From NCBI GenBank assembly GCA_000993565.1, contig LBWK01000001.1:198409-262408 (forward strand): a DNA stretch of 64,000 nucleotides, read 5' to 3'. The position numbers and the translations under genes are program-made. Position 1 is the first letter of the stretch. Every line of letters begins with the position of its first letter. Below, piece after piece: positions 55,030-64,000 of this stretch. The notes below the pieces were generated by a model. The model made no database searches. It was given only the letters and a program-made list of their open reading frames with translations, and was not told where the DNA came from. The DNA is from a candidate division WS6 bacterium GW2011_GWF2_39_15 (GTDB taxonomy: Bacteria; Patescibacteriota; Dojkabacteria; SC72).

Positions 55030-55582
55030 ATCTCACAAGCGTTTTATCTTTTGCAACACTTCTTAAATCTAAAGTTTCAACTTTAGCATCGTTACCCAAT
55101 AGATACCACAACTTAGATACGTCAGTGAGAGTTTTGGCTGTACCTGTAACCTCAAACGTCATTCCCTGAGTCAAGTCTATCTGGTTTATCGTGGCAATTC
55201 CCTTAGACACTCCCTGCCAGTAGTTTATAACATCCTTAGAGGAGTATGTGGACTGTTCAATACTATTATAGAGCTTAACCCTTCTTAAAATTTCATCATT
55301 AGAGGATATCACTTCCTCTCTTGCACGTATGCTTTGCTCCAGGGCATACAGCTCTTCCTTTCTTTGATTTAAATCCAGTTTGGAAAATAGGTTAAAACCC
55401 ACGATACTTAAAGACAATACAAAGAAAAAAAGCAGTGCGAATGCTGCATTTGTATTAACAGAAACTTTTCTCTTTTCTATATGAGCCTCATGCTCGGTCA
55501 GTGGCGGAATGAGGTTAATAGACTTACCGGCTATTAAGTTCTCAGCCATTTTCTGTTTTGCTTTTTCCTTTTTATCATTCAT
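54974..55582 (-). CDS. PilN-like pilus assembly protein
   Basis: Short cytoplasmic N-terminus, one TM, coiled coil; overlaps pilM by 8 nt. Confidence 0.55.
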   Translation of the reverse strand: MNDKKEKAKQKMAENLIAGKSINLIPPLTEHEAHIEKRKVSVNTNAAFALLFFFVLSLSIVGFNLFSKLDLNQRKEELYALEQSIRAREEVISSNDEILRRVKLYNSIEQSTYSSKDVINYWQGVSKGIATINQIDLTQGMTFEVTGTAKTLTDVSKLWYLLGNDAKVETLDLRSVAKDKTLVRFEFEGKLNFNEFAKNAGS

Positions 55583-56606
55583 CTTTTAATGCAAGACCAA
55601 TTGCCACCGAGTATGAAGAAGCACTTTTGGTCACTATGTTTCTAAACTTATCCGGCACTGCTATATTTTTCCACGGATCTGAAAGGACTGCACTTACTCC
55701 CAATACTTTAGATATATAATCAGCAAGACCAGGAAGCAGTGCTCCGTCACCGCTAAGCAGTACATTATTAGGAGCGGGGGATAAAGTCTTATTTTTGTAG
55801 AACTCTATTCCTCGGCTAACTTCATTCATAATAGCCTCGAGAATAGGGGAGAGTGTCGCATACATCTTACCTTCTAAAATACCCTCTACAACACCATAAT
55901 TTCTCTTATACTCTTCAGCCTGCTGATACTCGAAATTAAACTTATTCACAATTGTCTGAGTTAATGAGTCAGATCCTATGGCAATACTTTGAGAAAACAC
56001 TAATTGACCGTCAAGCATTATACTCATGTCTGTACTTGTTGCACCAAAGTCCAACATCACAACATGCTTCATCCCCGAGGATCGAAACATTGAACGACCA
56101 ATTGCAATTGACTCTGTTTCGATAGCAATAGGCTCAAGACCGGCTTTAAGTGCTACGGACTGGTAGATTTGAATTATCTTCTTAGGTGCCGCCACGAGAA
56201 GTACTTTCTGTGCATTCTTCTCTGGATTGATACCCAATGGAACATAGTTCATATGAACATCATCAATGGGCATAGGGATGTACTCCTTTGCCTGATAGTA
56301 CACTGCATTCTCAAGTTCTTCTTCCTTAACACCTGGAAACTCCAAGAATCTTGTGAATATTGAAGACTCAGGAAGAGCCATTACCACAAGTTTATTTCGC
56401 ATCTTAGCCGTTGAGAAAAGGGTTTTAACGGCATCCGCCAGTTGATTCTGATGCATATCATCCTCGCTGTTTATAACACCGTGTGGGGTTCTCTGGCTTC
56501 CAAAATTGATTAGCTCGGGAGAATTGGTACCAACACCTTTTAGTTCGACTGCTTTAACTGAGTGGTTACCAAAGTCTATACCAACATGATCGGGCAGCTT
56601 ACTCAT
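55575..56606 (-). CDS. pilM: Type IV pilus assembly ATPase-fold protein PilM
   Basis: Actin/HSP70-fold motifs (VGIDFGNHSVKAV, DFGATSTD), length. Confidence 0.8.
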   Translation of the reverse strand: MSKLPDHVGIDFGNHSVKAVELKGVGTNSPELINFGSQRTPHGVINSEDDMHQNQLADAVKTLFSTAKMRNKLVVMALPESSIFTRFLEFPGVKEEELENAVYYQAKEYIPMPIDDVHMNYVPLGINPEKNAQKVLLVAAPKKIIQIYQSVALKAGLEPIAIETESIAIGRSMFRSSGMKHVVMLDFGATSTDMSIMLDGQLVFSQSIAIGSDSLTQTIVNKFNFEYQQAEEYKRNYGVVEGILEGKMYATLSPILEAIMNEVSRGIEFYKNKTLSPAPNNVLLSGDGALLPGLADYISKVLGVSAVLSDPWKNIAVPDKFRNIVTKSASSYSVAIGLALKDE

Positions 56607-56710
56607 AAAAACAAATGCTTAAATTAGGCAGTATATATTACATTAATTAATAACAGGGAATAGGGGAGATGTCAATTGAAAAAGACTTATAACATACTGC
56701 ATTTGTAACA

Positions 56711-59284
56711 CTAGAGAGGTTTAAAACCTACCTCCTGTTTGAAACCGTCAGTATCACCACCGAAGAAGAGTGTCGCAAGACTCAGGTACCTTGCATCATA
56801 GTGTATTGCAGTCACAGGATAACCTGTATTATCAAGTCTTCGCAAGGTTCTGAAGAGAACAATTGATGGGGATTGCTGGTCATCAAATGCTAGAATACTT
56901 CCATTTATTTTTAATCCGTCTTTTATATTCTGGCTATCATCTCCGTCTTCAAGTATTACCTGTCCGTCTGACAACAAAAAACCTTCAACAATATCATACT
57001 TAGGGTATGTTGATGAACCAGATTTATAGCTTCCCTCTGTTATATTTACATTATTTTGAGAAATTACGAGACATCCATTACTCATTGAAGAAGCCGTCAG
57101 ATCAGGATGTATTGTAGTGGTTCCTTCAACTAAAAACACAGTTTTTGCATCGCAGGAAAAGCCGGAGGAGAGGGTAAGGTTACCCGCTACTTTTACAACA
57201 CATGGCTTAGCAGCAGTACAGGTCCCAATATCCGTAGACTGTCCGCTAAGAGTCTGGTTTCCAGCAAGAGATATGACCGTCATCAGAGTTGGATCATCAG
57301 TTGTTCTTTTTTCAATCCTATTCGATAGCTTTGTGTACCAGTATCCTGACACATTATTTGCATTTGATTTATTTAAAAGCCTTGAAGAAGATAATTTTAT
57401 ATCGTAGAGCAACTCATTCAAGGTTCCACTGGAACTGCTTAAAACTTCTGTTGAGATATCAGCCTCATCCTTATAGAAACCGAATGGTGAGTTCCAATAC
57501 GCATCATTGGAGAAAGCTACATGGCCGGTTAAAGTTCTGAGATTGAATGCGGTTCCTCCTGAAGAGTATAAAATTCCGCCCTTTGTAACCATCCAAGCAT
57601 CACCTAGTGGGATGTTAACAACACTACTCACATAGTTACAAGCTCCATCAAAAGCATAAGCGGTGAAATCAATAGACCCACCCTCATTTGCTAGCAGGTC
57701 TATCACATCTGTTCTGGTTGCAAGATTAGAGACTTTCCAAAGATTATTTGTCCCATTATATATATTTGCACCGGTATCACCCGAACCTAATATATAGTTA
57801 TTTGTCCCTGAGGTAATATCACTTATCGGCCCGTTTACTGTTCCAACCTTGTTTAGAGCGGCATTTCCTACAACTCTGGCAATACTTGTCAATCCATCAG
57901 CAAACCTCCATAAAAGGTTCAGCCTATCTGATGCATCCACTGTATAACTGAAGTCTTCATTTGTAGGGTCAGTCATATCAACAGTCCATGACTTTGTCGA
58001 GTCAACCCATTCAGGATTACTCGATATTGTGTTACCACCACCCGGCAAGAATGAGTTTTGAGTATTGGATGCTGCATATACTTTATATACACCATCTACA
58101 ACCTGTTCGTAATCTGTAAGCCCGGATAGGGAGTTATAGTATTCAATTTTAAAGGCAAGAGTTAGGGTTGTACCATTAACTGTGACTCCCACATTACTCA
58201 ACCCTGCCAGTTTGTCCCCACCGCTTCCAATTATCTCAGCTCTTAAACCGTTACCAACTGTTCCCACTTTTATCCATGCAGGAGATCCACTATTAATGCC
58301 TGGAACGTATATGTCTCTCCATTCATTTCCTACTTTTCTAACAAGAAGCCCATATGAATCATTTGACTGTAGCCGTCCTGTTCCAGTGTCATAGACATTA
58401 CTAATTGTAGGAGGAGTGCTTCCTGACTTGCTAAACCACGTCTGCAAGGCAACAGTAGGATTAGTGGCAGTATCATAGTTGAAAGCAACAGAAACGTTTC
58501 CAATATTGCTAGCATCTTTTCCAAGATAGCCGCTGCTTGCAGTACAACCTAATGCTGAAGCATTTACTTCGGGAGTTAGTGTTACGATAGGAGGATTTGT
58601 ATTATCCCAGCATGTTTGAGTTCTGGTAGCCTGAGTACAGGATCCATTTCCATTCACGGCTCCCGTATTATAGGAACAGGATGTCGTTGAAGTATCTCCA
58701 CCAGTATTATATGGTACCTTACCAGCGGGACAGGTAGGGGAGCATGGTGTTTGTGCTGTACATGTAGGCTCTGGATCTGGTTCACCAAATTCACTACATC
58801 TTACTGAAACAGTATCTAGGGTACATTGAATATTATAATAACACGTTCTTGGCTCCCAATTACATTCATCCCAGCATTCAACCCAATGCTCTGTTCCACG
58901 AGGACAAGAGTGAGCATAAACATTACCACTGCTATTGGTCGGCCCTTGAGCCGGCGGAGTACCGCAACCGTGTACACATTTTTCTTTGCACTTATACTCC
59001 GGGCACTCATATGACCCACCTCCACTCTTCTTACACACTAAACTCCCTATTGAAGTTGTACAAGCACAATTAACGAACTGATCAACGCCCCCACTTCCTG
59101 TCCCACAGTACGCACTCGAAGTACCCTGATTTACAGGATAGCAAGGAAGCGATGTCTTAACTGTAGCTCCACAATATGTAGCCGCTTGAATAGGTTCGAT
59201 AGATATCATACCAAACACCACTAAACTCACGACTATGAATAGATATTTAGTCAAATTTTGATTATTCATCTTTACCTTTTTCAT
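56711..59284 (-). CDS. Large secreted Cys-rich protein (857 aa) immediately upstream of pilM; candidate pilus-associated adhesin
   Basis: Signal peptide, about 200-aa Cys-rich N-terminal region (more than 35 Cys), long Gly/Asn/Thr-rich beta region. Confidence 0.55.
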   Translation of the reverse strand: MKKVKMNNQNLTKYLFIVVSLVVFGMISIEPIQAATYCGATVKTSLPCYPVNQGTSSAYCGTGSGGVDQFVNCACTTSIGSLVCKKSGGGSYECPEYKCKEKCVHGCGTPPAQGPTNSSGNVYAHSCPRGTEHWVECWDECNWEPRTCYYNIQCTLDTVSVRCSEFGEPDPEPTCTAQTPCSPTCPAGKVPYNTGGDTSTTSCSYNTGAVNGNGSCTQATRTQTCWDNTNPPIVTLTPEVNASALGCTASSGYLGKDASNIGNVSVAFNYDTATNPTVALQTWFSKSGSTPPTISNVYDTGTGRLQSNDSYGLLVRKVGNEWRDIYVPGINSGSPAWIKVGTVGNGLRAEIIGSGGDKLAGLSNVGVTVNGTTLTLAFKIEYYNSLSGLTDYEQVVDGVYKVYAASNTQNSFLPGGGNTISSNPEWVDSTKSWTVDMTDPTNEDFSYTVDASDRLNLLWRFADGLTSIARVVGNAALNKVGTVNGPISDITSGTNNYILGSGDTGANIYNGTNNLWKVSNLATRTDVIDLLANEGGSIDFTAYAFDGACNYVSSVVNIPLGDAWMVTKGGILYSSGGTAFNLRTLTGHVAFSNDAYWNSPFGFYKDEADISTEVLSSSSGTLNELLYDIKLSSSRLLNKSNANNVSGYWYTKLSNRIEKRTTDDPTLMTVISLAGNQTLSGQSTDIGTCTAAKPCVVKVAGNLTLSSGFSCDAKTVFLVEGTTTIHPDLTASSMSNGCLVISQNNVNITEGSYKSGSSTYPKYDIVEGFLLSDGQVILEDGDDSQNIKDGLKINGSILAFDDQQSPSIVLFRTLRRLDNTGYPVTAIHYDARYLSLATLFFGGDTDGFKQEVGFKPL

Positions 59285-60002
59285 GCGTAATTAATGTAGA
59301 GTTGATATTCACTGGTACCAAAAATTCCCCATCTGGAAGATTTTCTTTACTCCAAAACTCCCTAAAACTTGGTGATGAATACTCAACAAGATCAGCAATT
59401 ATACAATTACGTACTGATACTTCATTACAATACTTAACCGTCCTGTTAGCTTTTTCTGGGAAAGATATATATATTTCAAACCGTAAACCTTCACCTGGAG
59501 AGTACATCTCCTTAAACTCGTCCAATGTATGGGGGATTACAGCAAGTGCCGTAGAATTAGGAATTTTATAATTCATATGGATACTATCAACATAGTTAAG
59601 TGTAAAAAGAAGATAGTCAGGATTTGAAGACCAAGTTGTAACTGTTTTAGGTAACTTATCTTTATCAATGGTTAAAAGAATCTTAACTTCCCTTGACTTG
59701 GTCCGATCTGAAGTTATGTACTTAACAATCACATAATTGATACCATTCAATGAACTATATTCTTTGATAATTCCTTGTAAGGTTCCTACTGACCACTTTT
59801 TTTCTTTGTCTGTCCAACCGTTCACTCGATTACCTTCGGGAAATGATAAAACTACGGAACCAGTATCAGATAGATCTTCAATATACTGTGGATTGCTATT
59901 CTCTATTCTTGACCTATTCCAGCTCCAAAGAAGATAAAGTGCAGAAGAAAAAAATACTACCGCAATACCAAAAATTATTATCTTTTTAAAGGCAGATTTC
60001 AT
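59262..60002 (-). CDS. Membrane-anchored hypothetical protein (N-terminal TM)
   Basis: ORF; 23-nt overlap with the downstream gene. Confidence 0.45.
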   Translation of the reverse strand: MKSAFKKIIIFGIAVVFFSSALYLLWSWNRSRIENSNPQYIEDLSDTGSVVLSFPEGNRVNGWTDKEKKWSVGTLQGIIKEYSSLNGINYVIVKYITSDRTKSREVKILLTIDKDKLPKTVTTWSSNPDYLLFTLNYVDSIHMNYKIPNSTALAVIPHTLDEFKEMYSPGEGLRFEIYISFPEKANRTVKYCNEVSVRNCIIADLVEYSSPSFREFWSKENLPDGEFLVPVNINSTLITHEKGKDE

Positions 60003-60062
60003 CTCTCTTTAATCTAGCAGGAAAGAAATGCTAATGCAAGATATCAATTCCAATTTGCTTTC

Positions 60063-61829
60063 TTAATCTGACAAATCACTCGATTCAAAAATAGTAAGCG
60101 GTGTTCTAAAGGTAGCAGGCGCCATCTCTGGCTGCTCCTTCATTACCATTTCATAAACATCCCTGGAAGTAAATCCTTCAGGTATGAATATAAGCTGCCC
60201 ACATTCAGGTATAAAGATATATTGAGGCTTTTCAAATCCCTCGCTATATATAATTGGAGAGTTCTGAATAAATTTCCCTCCAGCATCTACTTGCCTAGGA
60301 TAGTTGGGAACACCCTCAAAAAGTCTATCAAATAGCTTGGGATCTTCACCGATTACAATATTTCCAATTATCATATTCGGATTCTGAACAGCTTTTAAGT
60401 AATCATTAATTCCATGAGCTCTTGATAATGATAACATGGCACCTGGAATAGGAACTATATCACCAGACCTCCAGGTTATGACATCGAAATCAAGTGTATT
60501 ATAGGGACCAAACATAACAATACCACCTGACTGTTCAATCACCTGTATATCACTTCTAGTAAGCTTTATTGGTTCTTCATTAAAATACACATTTGTCGAG
60601 ACATTGCTCATTACCATTGGGGCTTCCAGTCCATCAAAACTAACAGGAATACCGTTTTCAATGAGGAAGAGATATCTCATGGACATATCACGAAGTTCAG
60701 AATTGATTCCTCCAGACACATCGTAAATTATACCTCCTGGTGTATCATCGAGAACCTTAGCCCTCCTTCTTATTTCCTCCAGTTTTCTTCCAAAATCTCT
60801 TCCCTCAATTTCAAGCGCAGCCCTTTCTGGATCGACTACAGCTGTTGGCTCTGACACAACAGTAGGTAACACCGGAGGGATAATCATATCAGAAGTAGGG
60901 GTGAACATGGTATCAGGTGTTGCAGTAGTAACGGCAGTAGGGGTGAAGTTATTACCATCTCCTCCCCCAACAGGAGGCTGAGGTGGCTTAATCGTGGCTT
61001 TAACTGCCGCATAAGCAACGACAAGAGTTGTAGCAATTACCATTAGACCTCCGAGCAATCGACCTGTAGCAGAAGCATGACGCCTATTTCCCTCATTATT
61101 CCTTCCACCCATTGTTCTCTCTCCACTTACCGGGACGAGTACCTTTCCCTGCGGTTGTGCACCAGCTCCACTTTTAACTAAAGCTTCCAATCTATCCTTT
61201 CTAAACTTCTTATTGAAAATGTCCTCAGAGTTAACTCCTCTATCAAGTACTAGACCTGCCTCAAAAACCTTACCTTCTTCATCAAAGCTTATCCGTATAC
61301 CAGTTAATAAATCAATCGTTCTTCCAGCTAAATTAGGACATCGAAGATCCTCAAACGATTTCAGTATCTCCCCATAGTTTATCTTATCTTTTAATTCGTT
61401 TAGGGCATCCGATGCATCTCTTCCACTATTAATGAGTTTTAATATTTCATCGACATAACTTTGGCCCTGAGTCGCTATATTATTATCAAAAACTCCTTGA
61501 TAATAATCTCTTTCTGGCCCTGCATTTGCAACTGAATGAACAAGCATTAGAGGTGACAGTGCGATCTCTTCTCTCATTGAATCCATTTCTGGATCATGAA
61601 CAGCATCAAAGGCAAGTAAATAACTTTTAGACAAATCCAAAGTCGCTTTAAGAACAGCGTCTGTATCACTTTCATTGAACCCATCCTTATTTTCTCCTTG
61701 AGACTTTTTTCCCTGAATCTCGCGTAAATCATTTAGAATATGATCAGGAGCATTTAATCCAAACATAGCATATGAATTAGTATCCGGACCGAAGTCGGCA
61801 CCAGAAAAACCACCTGTGTATAAACTCAT
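60063..61829 (-). CDS. Bitopic hypothetical protein (588 aa): about 250-aa cytoplasmic domain, one TM, Pro/Thr-rich linker, about 280-aa extracytoplasmic domain
   Basis: TM LLGGLMVIATTLVVAYAAV; no nucleotide-binding motifs. Confidence 0.5.
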   Translation of the reverse strand: MSLYTGGFSGADFGPDTNSYAMFGLNAPDHILNDLREIQGKKSQGENKDGFNESDTDAVLKATLDLSKSYLLAFDAVHDPEMDSMREEIALSPLMLVHSVANAGPERDYYQGVFDNNIATQGQSYVDEILKLINSGRDASDALNELKDKINYGEILKSFEDLRCPNLAGRTIDLLTGIRISFDEEGKVFEAGLVLDRGVNSEDIFNKKFRKDRLEALVKSGAGAQPQGKVLVPVSGERTMGGRNNEGNRRHASATGRLLGGLMVIATTLVVAYAAVKATIKPPQPPVGGGDGNNFTPTAVTTATPDTMFTPTSDMIIPPVLPTVVSEPTAVVDPERAALEIEGRDFGRKLEEIRRRAKVLDDTPGGIIYDVSGGINSELRDMSMRYLFLIENGIPVSFDGLEAPMVMSNVSTNVYFNEEPIKLTRSDIQVIEQSGGIVMFGPYNTLDFDVITWRSGDIVPIPGAMLSLSRAHGINDYLKAVQNPNMIIGNIVIGEDPKLFDRLFEGVPNYPRQVDAGGKFIQNSPIIYSEGFEKPQYIFIPECGQLIFIPEGFTSRDVYEMVMKEQPEMAPATFRTPLTIFESSDLSD

Positions 61830-61902
61830 TCTAAAGCAGTTTAAGTTAATACTTAATTATATAACTAACACACTGCATATTCAATCCTATAGTCCTATCT
61901 AT

Positions 61903-62292
61903 CTACCCTATAATTTTCTCTATCTCCTTTGTAAGGTCGGTGTATTCAAGCTCTGATTTAATGAGATATGATGAGGCTCCAAGGTCAAAAGCCTCTTTGA
62001 TAACTTTCTCACTTGTCATATTAGTGAGAACAATAATAGGGGAGGAGCCATACTTCTCTTTATCATTATGAATCGTTTTAAGAATCTCAAGACCATCCAT
62101 ACCAGGCATCATAAGATCCAAGATTATCATATCAATATCACCATGGTTTTTACTCAGCATATCCAATCCTTTATAACCATCTGAACACTTGAGAGTATTG
62201 TAGCCCTCATTTGATAGGACTTCGGAGTATGAATCAAGAAGCACGGTTTCATCTTCAATAATCAGGACATTTTTTTTAATTTTTTCAGCCAT
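61903..62292 (-). CDS. Stand-alone CheY-like receiver domain protein (PilG/PilH-like)
   Basis: VLIIEDE, phospho-acceptor D in IILDLMMPGMDG, T in VLTNMTS, K in YLIKS. Confidence 0.75.
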   Translation of the reverse strand: MAEKIKKNVLIIEDETVLLDSYSEVLSNEGYNTLKCSDGYKGLDMLSKNHGDIDMIILDLMMPGMDGLEILKTIHNDKEKYGSSPIIVLTNMTSEKVIKEAFDLGASSYLIKSELEYTDLTKEIEKIIG

Positions 62293-62309
62293 TTAAACAA
62301 TATTCAAAA

Positions 62310-63257
62310 TTATTCCGGCCCGAGTACACCTTCACTATTGAAGAGTACATAATCAAAAATTGATAGAGCAGACTCCTTTTGCGGAATCTGTATCTCTTTT
62401 GCTCTAAATGTACCGGTACAATTAGCTCCTATACGTATAGCAACCATCTCCCAATCCTTAATACAATCAGGATCGGAAAGTGAAGCTTTAATAGCAACTG
62501 TACCGCCAACTGACCTAACTCTAATTTCATCAAGAGGATACCCTCCCTTTGCAGCCAGAGGTACGGATACAGTAGCACCACTTGCAAGGTCTATCCAAGA
62601 ACCGTCCATGCTACTATTATCAGCACATAGTTTCCCGGTCAGATGAACGCAATACTGCTGAATATCGTCATACTCGTACGGCTTATATTCTCCGGGGATT
62701 CCGTTTGTATAGTTCCTGGCATATATTCTTGAAATGATAAGGCCACCGTAACTTGAGCCACGTGGTTCAAACTTTAGATTAAGAGTACAGGATAACGGGT
62801 TAGGGGTTTGCTCTCTCACAACGAAAGATCTCACATTATCAGACCTAAGTTCCAGTTCATCATCCGAATCAGCAAGTTTGGCACTCAACTCAACATTGGA
62901 GCTGCTGTTCTGACATTTATCAAAAACATCCAACGTATTATTGTCCACACCTGCACTTGTTAAGAACGCCTTTACATCAGAAACTCCCTTTACGTTACAC
63001 CCATCGGCTGATTTCAATCCTTCACCATATTGAGCATTATCACAAGCATTTACCAATGTTGCTACAGTTGTTCCCTTCATAGTATCAAGAACTGAGTCAG
63101 CGAATTCTAGTGCTTCAGCAGAGGATTTTTCGTTTGCAAGCTGCTGAGTATCTCTGAGGGTTCTGGAAAGCATTGCCATTCCTAATATAGCTGCGATGAC
63201 AAGCACTATCATTACAATAGCTAAAGCCTGTGCACTATATACTTTCTTCATTCTCAT
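62310..63257 (-). CDS. PilX-like minor pilin/pseudopilin (hydrophobic N-terminal helix without Glu+5)
   Basis: MRMKKVYSAQALAIVMIVLVIAAILGMAML N-terminus followed by a beta-rich domain. Confidence 0.45.
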   Translation of the reverse strand: MRMKKVYSAQALAIVMIVLVIAAILGMAMLSRTLRDTQQLANEKSSAEALEFADSVLDTMKGTTVATLVNACDNAQYGEGLKSADGCNVKGVSDVKAFLTSAGVDNNTLDVFDKCQNSSSNVELSAKLADSDDELELRSDNVRSFVVREQTPNPLSCTLNLKFEPRGSSYGGLIISRIYARNYTNGIPGEYKPYEYDDIQQYCVHLTGKLCADNSSMDGSWIDLASGATVSVPLAAKGGYPLDEIRVRSVGGTVAIKASLSDPDCIKDWEMVAIRIGANCTGTFRAKEIQIPQKESALSIFDYVLFNSEGVLGPE

Positions 63258-63289
63258 GTTTCTACAGTTATATACATAAAATTAGCAGA

Positions 63290-63985
63290 TTAATCCTCCC
63301 AGGTCAATTTTTGTGTAGAGACAACTGTCTGTTTGAAATAATTCGGCTTAATGCTATCACTATTCGCAATCCAATGAATAGGTTCCATATCAAGATCAAT
63401 TGTAAGGAGATAGTTCTCATCGTAAGTAGGGAAAAAGACTAAGCTCAATGAATTAACATCAACATCTTCTGAATTTAGAAGTATTGTGTTTTGACTATAC
63501 TCCGACGTTGCACTGTTAAAACAATCCGAGGAAGTCTCTAAGTCCTGCCTGACGGATTTTAATACATACCCTCTTGTATTATCTGAATAATCAGGGAAGA
63601 AACCCACGCATATCCATTTCCCGTAGCCGACAGGCCTAAAATGTATCTCAGTACCCGAAACTCCATCAGTCACAGTAGATTCATATCCAGTCAGACTACT
63701 ATCAATCGTCATTCCTGTTGTATTATTGTATGCACGCCCTCCTACATTATATATTCTGAGATCCTCAGTATTTGAATTCCGAATGGTCTTGCGAAGAAGT
63801 TCAAGAATAAATTCAGACTCTTCTCTCGTTGCGGTACGGGAGGTTGAGATAATTGAGGTTCGAATCATTGTTGTAAGGGTAATGGAGACAAGGATCATAA
63901 CGACTCCGATAATCACCATCGTTATCAGCACTTCTATTAGACTAACACCACTATATTGTTTACTTCTTCTAAGACCTTTCTTCAT
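63290..63985 (-). CDS. Type IV pilin-like protein with prepilin cleavage/methylation motif (minor pilin PilV/W-like)
   Basis: KQYSG|VSLIEVLITMVIIGVVMIL: Gly-1, Glu+5, hydrophobic helix. Confidence 0.65.
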   Translation of the reverse strand: MKKGLRRSKQYSGVSLIEVLITMVIIGVVMILVSITLTTMIRTSIISTSRTATREESEFILELLRKTIRNSNTEDLRIYNVGGRAYNNTTGMTIDSSLTGYESTVTDGVSGTEIHFRPVGYGKWICVGFFPDYSDNTRGYVLKSVRQDLETSSDCFNSATSEYSQNTILLNSEDVDVNSLSLVFFPTYDENYLLTIDLDMEPIHWIANSDSIKPNYFKQTVVSTQKLTWED

Positions 63986-64000
63986 CAGTTTTTCTGTTCA

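Noticed and set aside
63230-63442. 70-aa plus-strand ORF across the gap between the two pilin genes
   Set aside because: Antisense to pilin gene ends; no RBS
63850-63880. GGTTCGAATC string resembling a tRNA T-loop
   Set aside because: Lies inside the pilin coding sequence with no surrounding cloverleaf
1-64000. CRISPR arrays, IS elements, integrases, prophage genes
   Set aside because: No regularly spaced direct repeats, no transposase or integrase-like ORFs seen; the only repetitive DNA is the coding GGN tract and the intragenic module duplication

Overview
This 64 kb window comes from an AT-rich, gene-dense bacterial chromosome. Genes are short, starts and stops often overlap (ATGA junctions), and TGA is a stop codon. 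The gene content looks like a Patescibacteria/CPR-type or similarly reduced organism, but that placement is inference only. Most of the window is housekeeping. Cell envelope: mraY (3' part), a murF-like ligase, a minimal dcw block (mraZ-rsmH-ftsL-ftsI), a FemX-family transferase and a class A PBP of about 1000 aa. Translation: tyrS behind a T-box leader, thrS-infC-rpmI-rplT-pheS-pheT, a tRNA-His followed by a possible leader peptide, an M20 peptidase and hisS, then rpmF-nusB-rnc and rpsP-khpA. There are many RNA methyltransferases (KsgA/Erm-type, RsmH, RsmI, RsmD, SpoU, Dus), recG, rarA, a short RelA/SpoT homolog, tatD and a membrane-anchored Clp-type double-AAA ATPase. The accessory content is: (a) an 8.4 kb gene for a 2814-aa surface protein with four LamG-like modules, a glycine-rich tract and FN3-like repeats, behind a consensus promoter with apparently no 5' UTR; (b) a type IV pilus-like block (pilM-pilN-pilO, two pilin-like genes, a CheY-like receiver) interleaved with three large uncharacterised secreted or membrane proteins; (c) a three-gene island of unknown proteins between rarA and tyrS; (d) a small-gene locus between pheT and the class A PBP, with a lysine-rich peptide, a CRP-type palindrome and a Cys-rich zinc-ribbon membrane protein. 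Coordinates taken from the supplied ORF track are exact. Coordinates I located by hand (promoters, hairpins, tRNA, small ORFs) should be treated as accurate to about 10 nt, because my base counting disagreed with the track by up to 8 nt in one place. No CRISPR array, transposase or integrase was seen.
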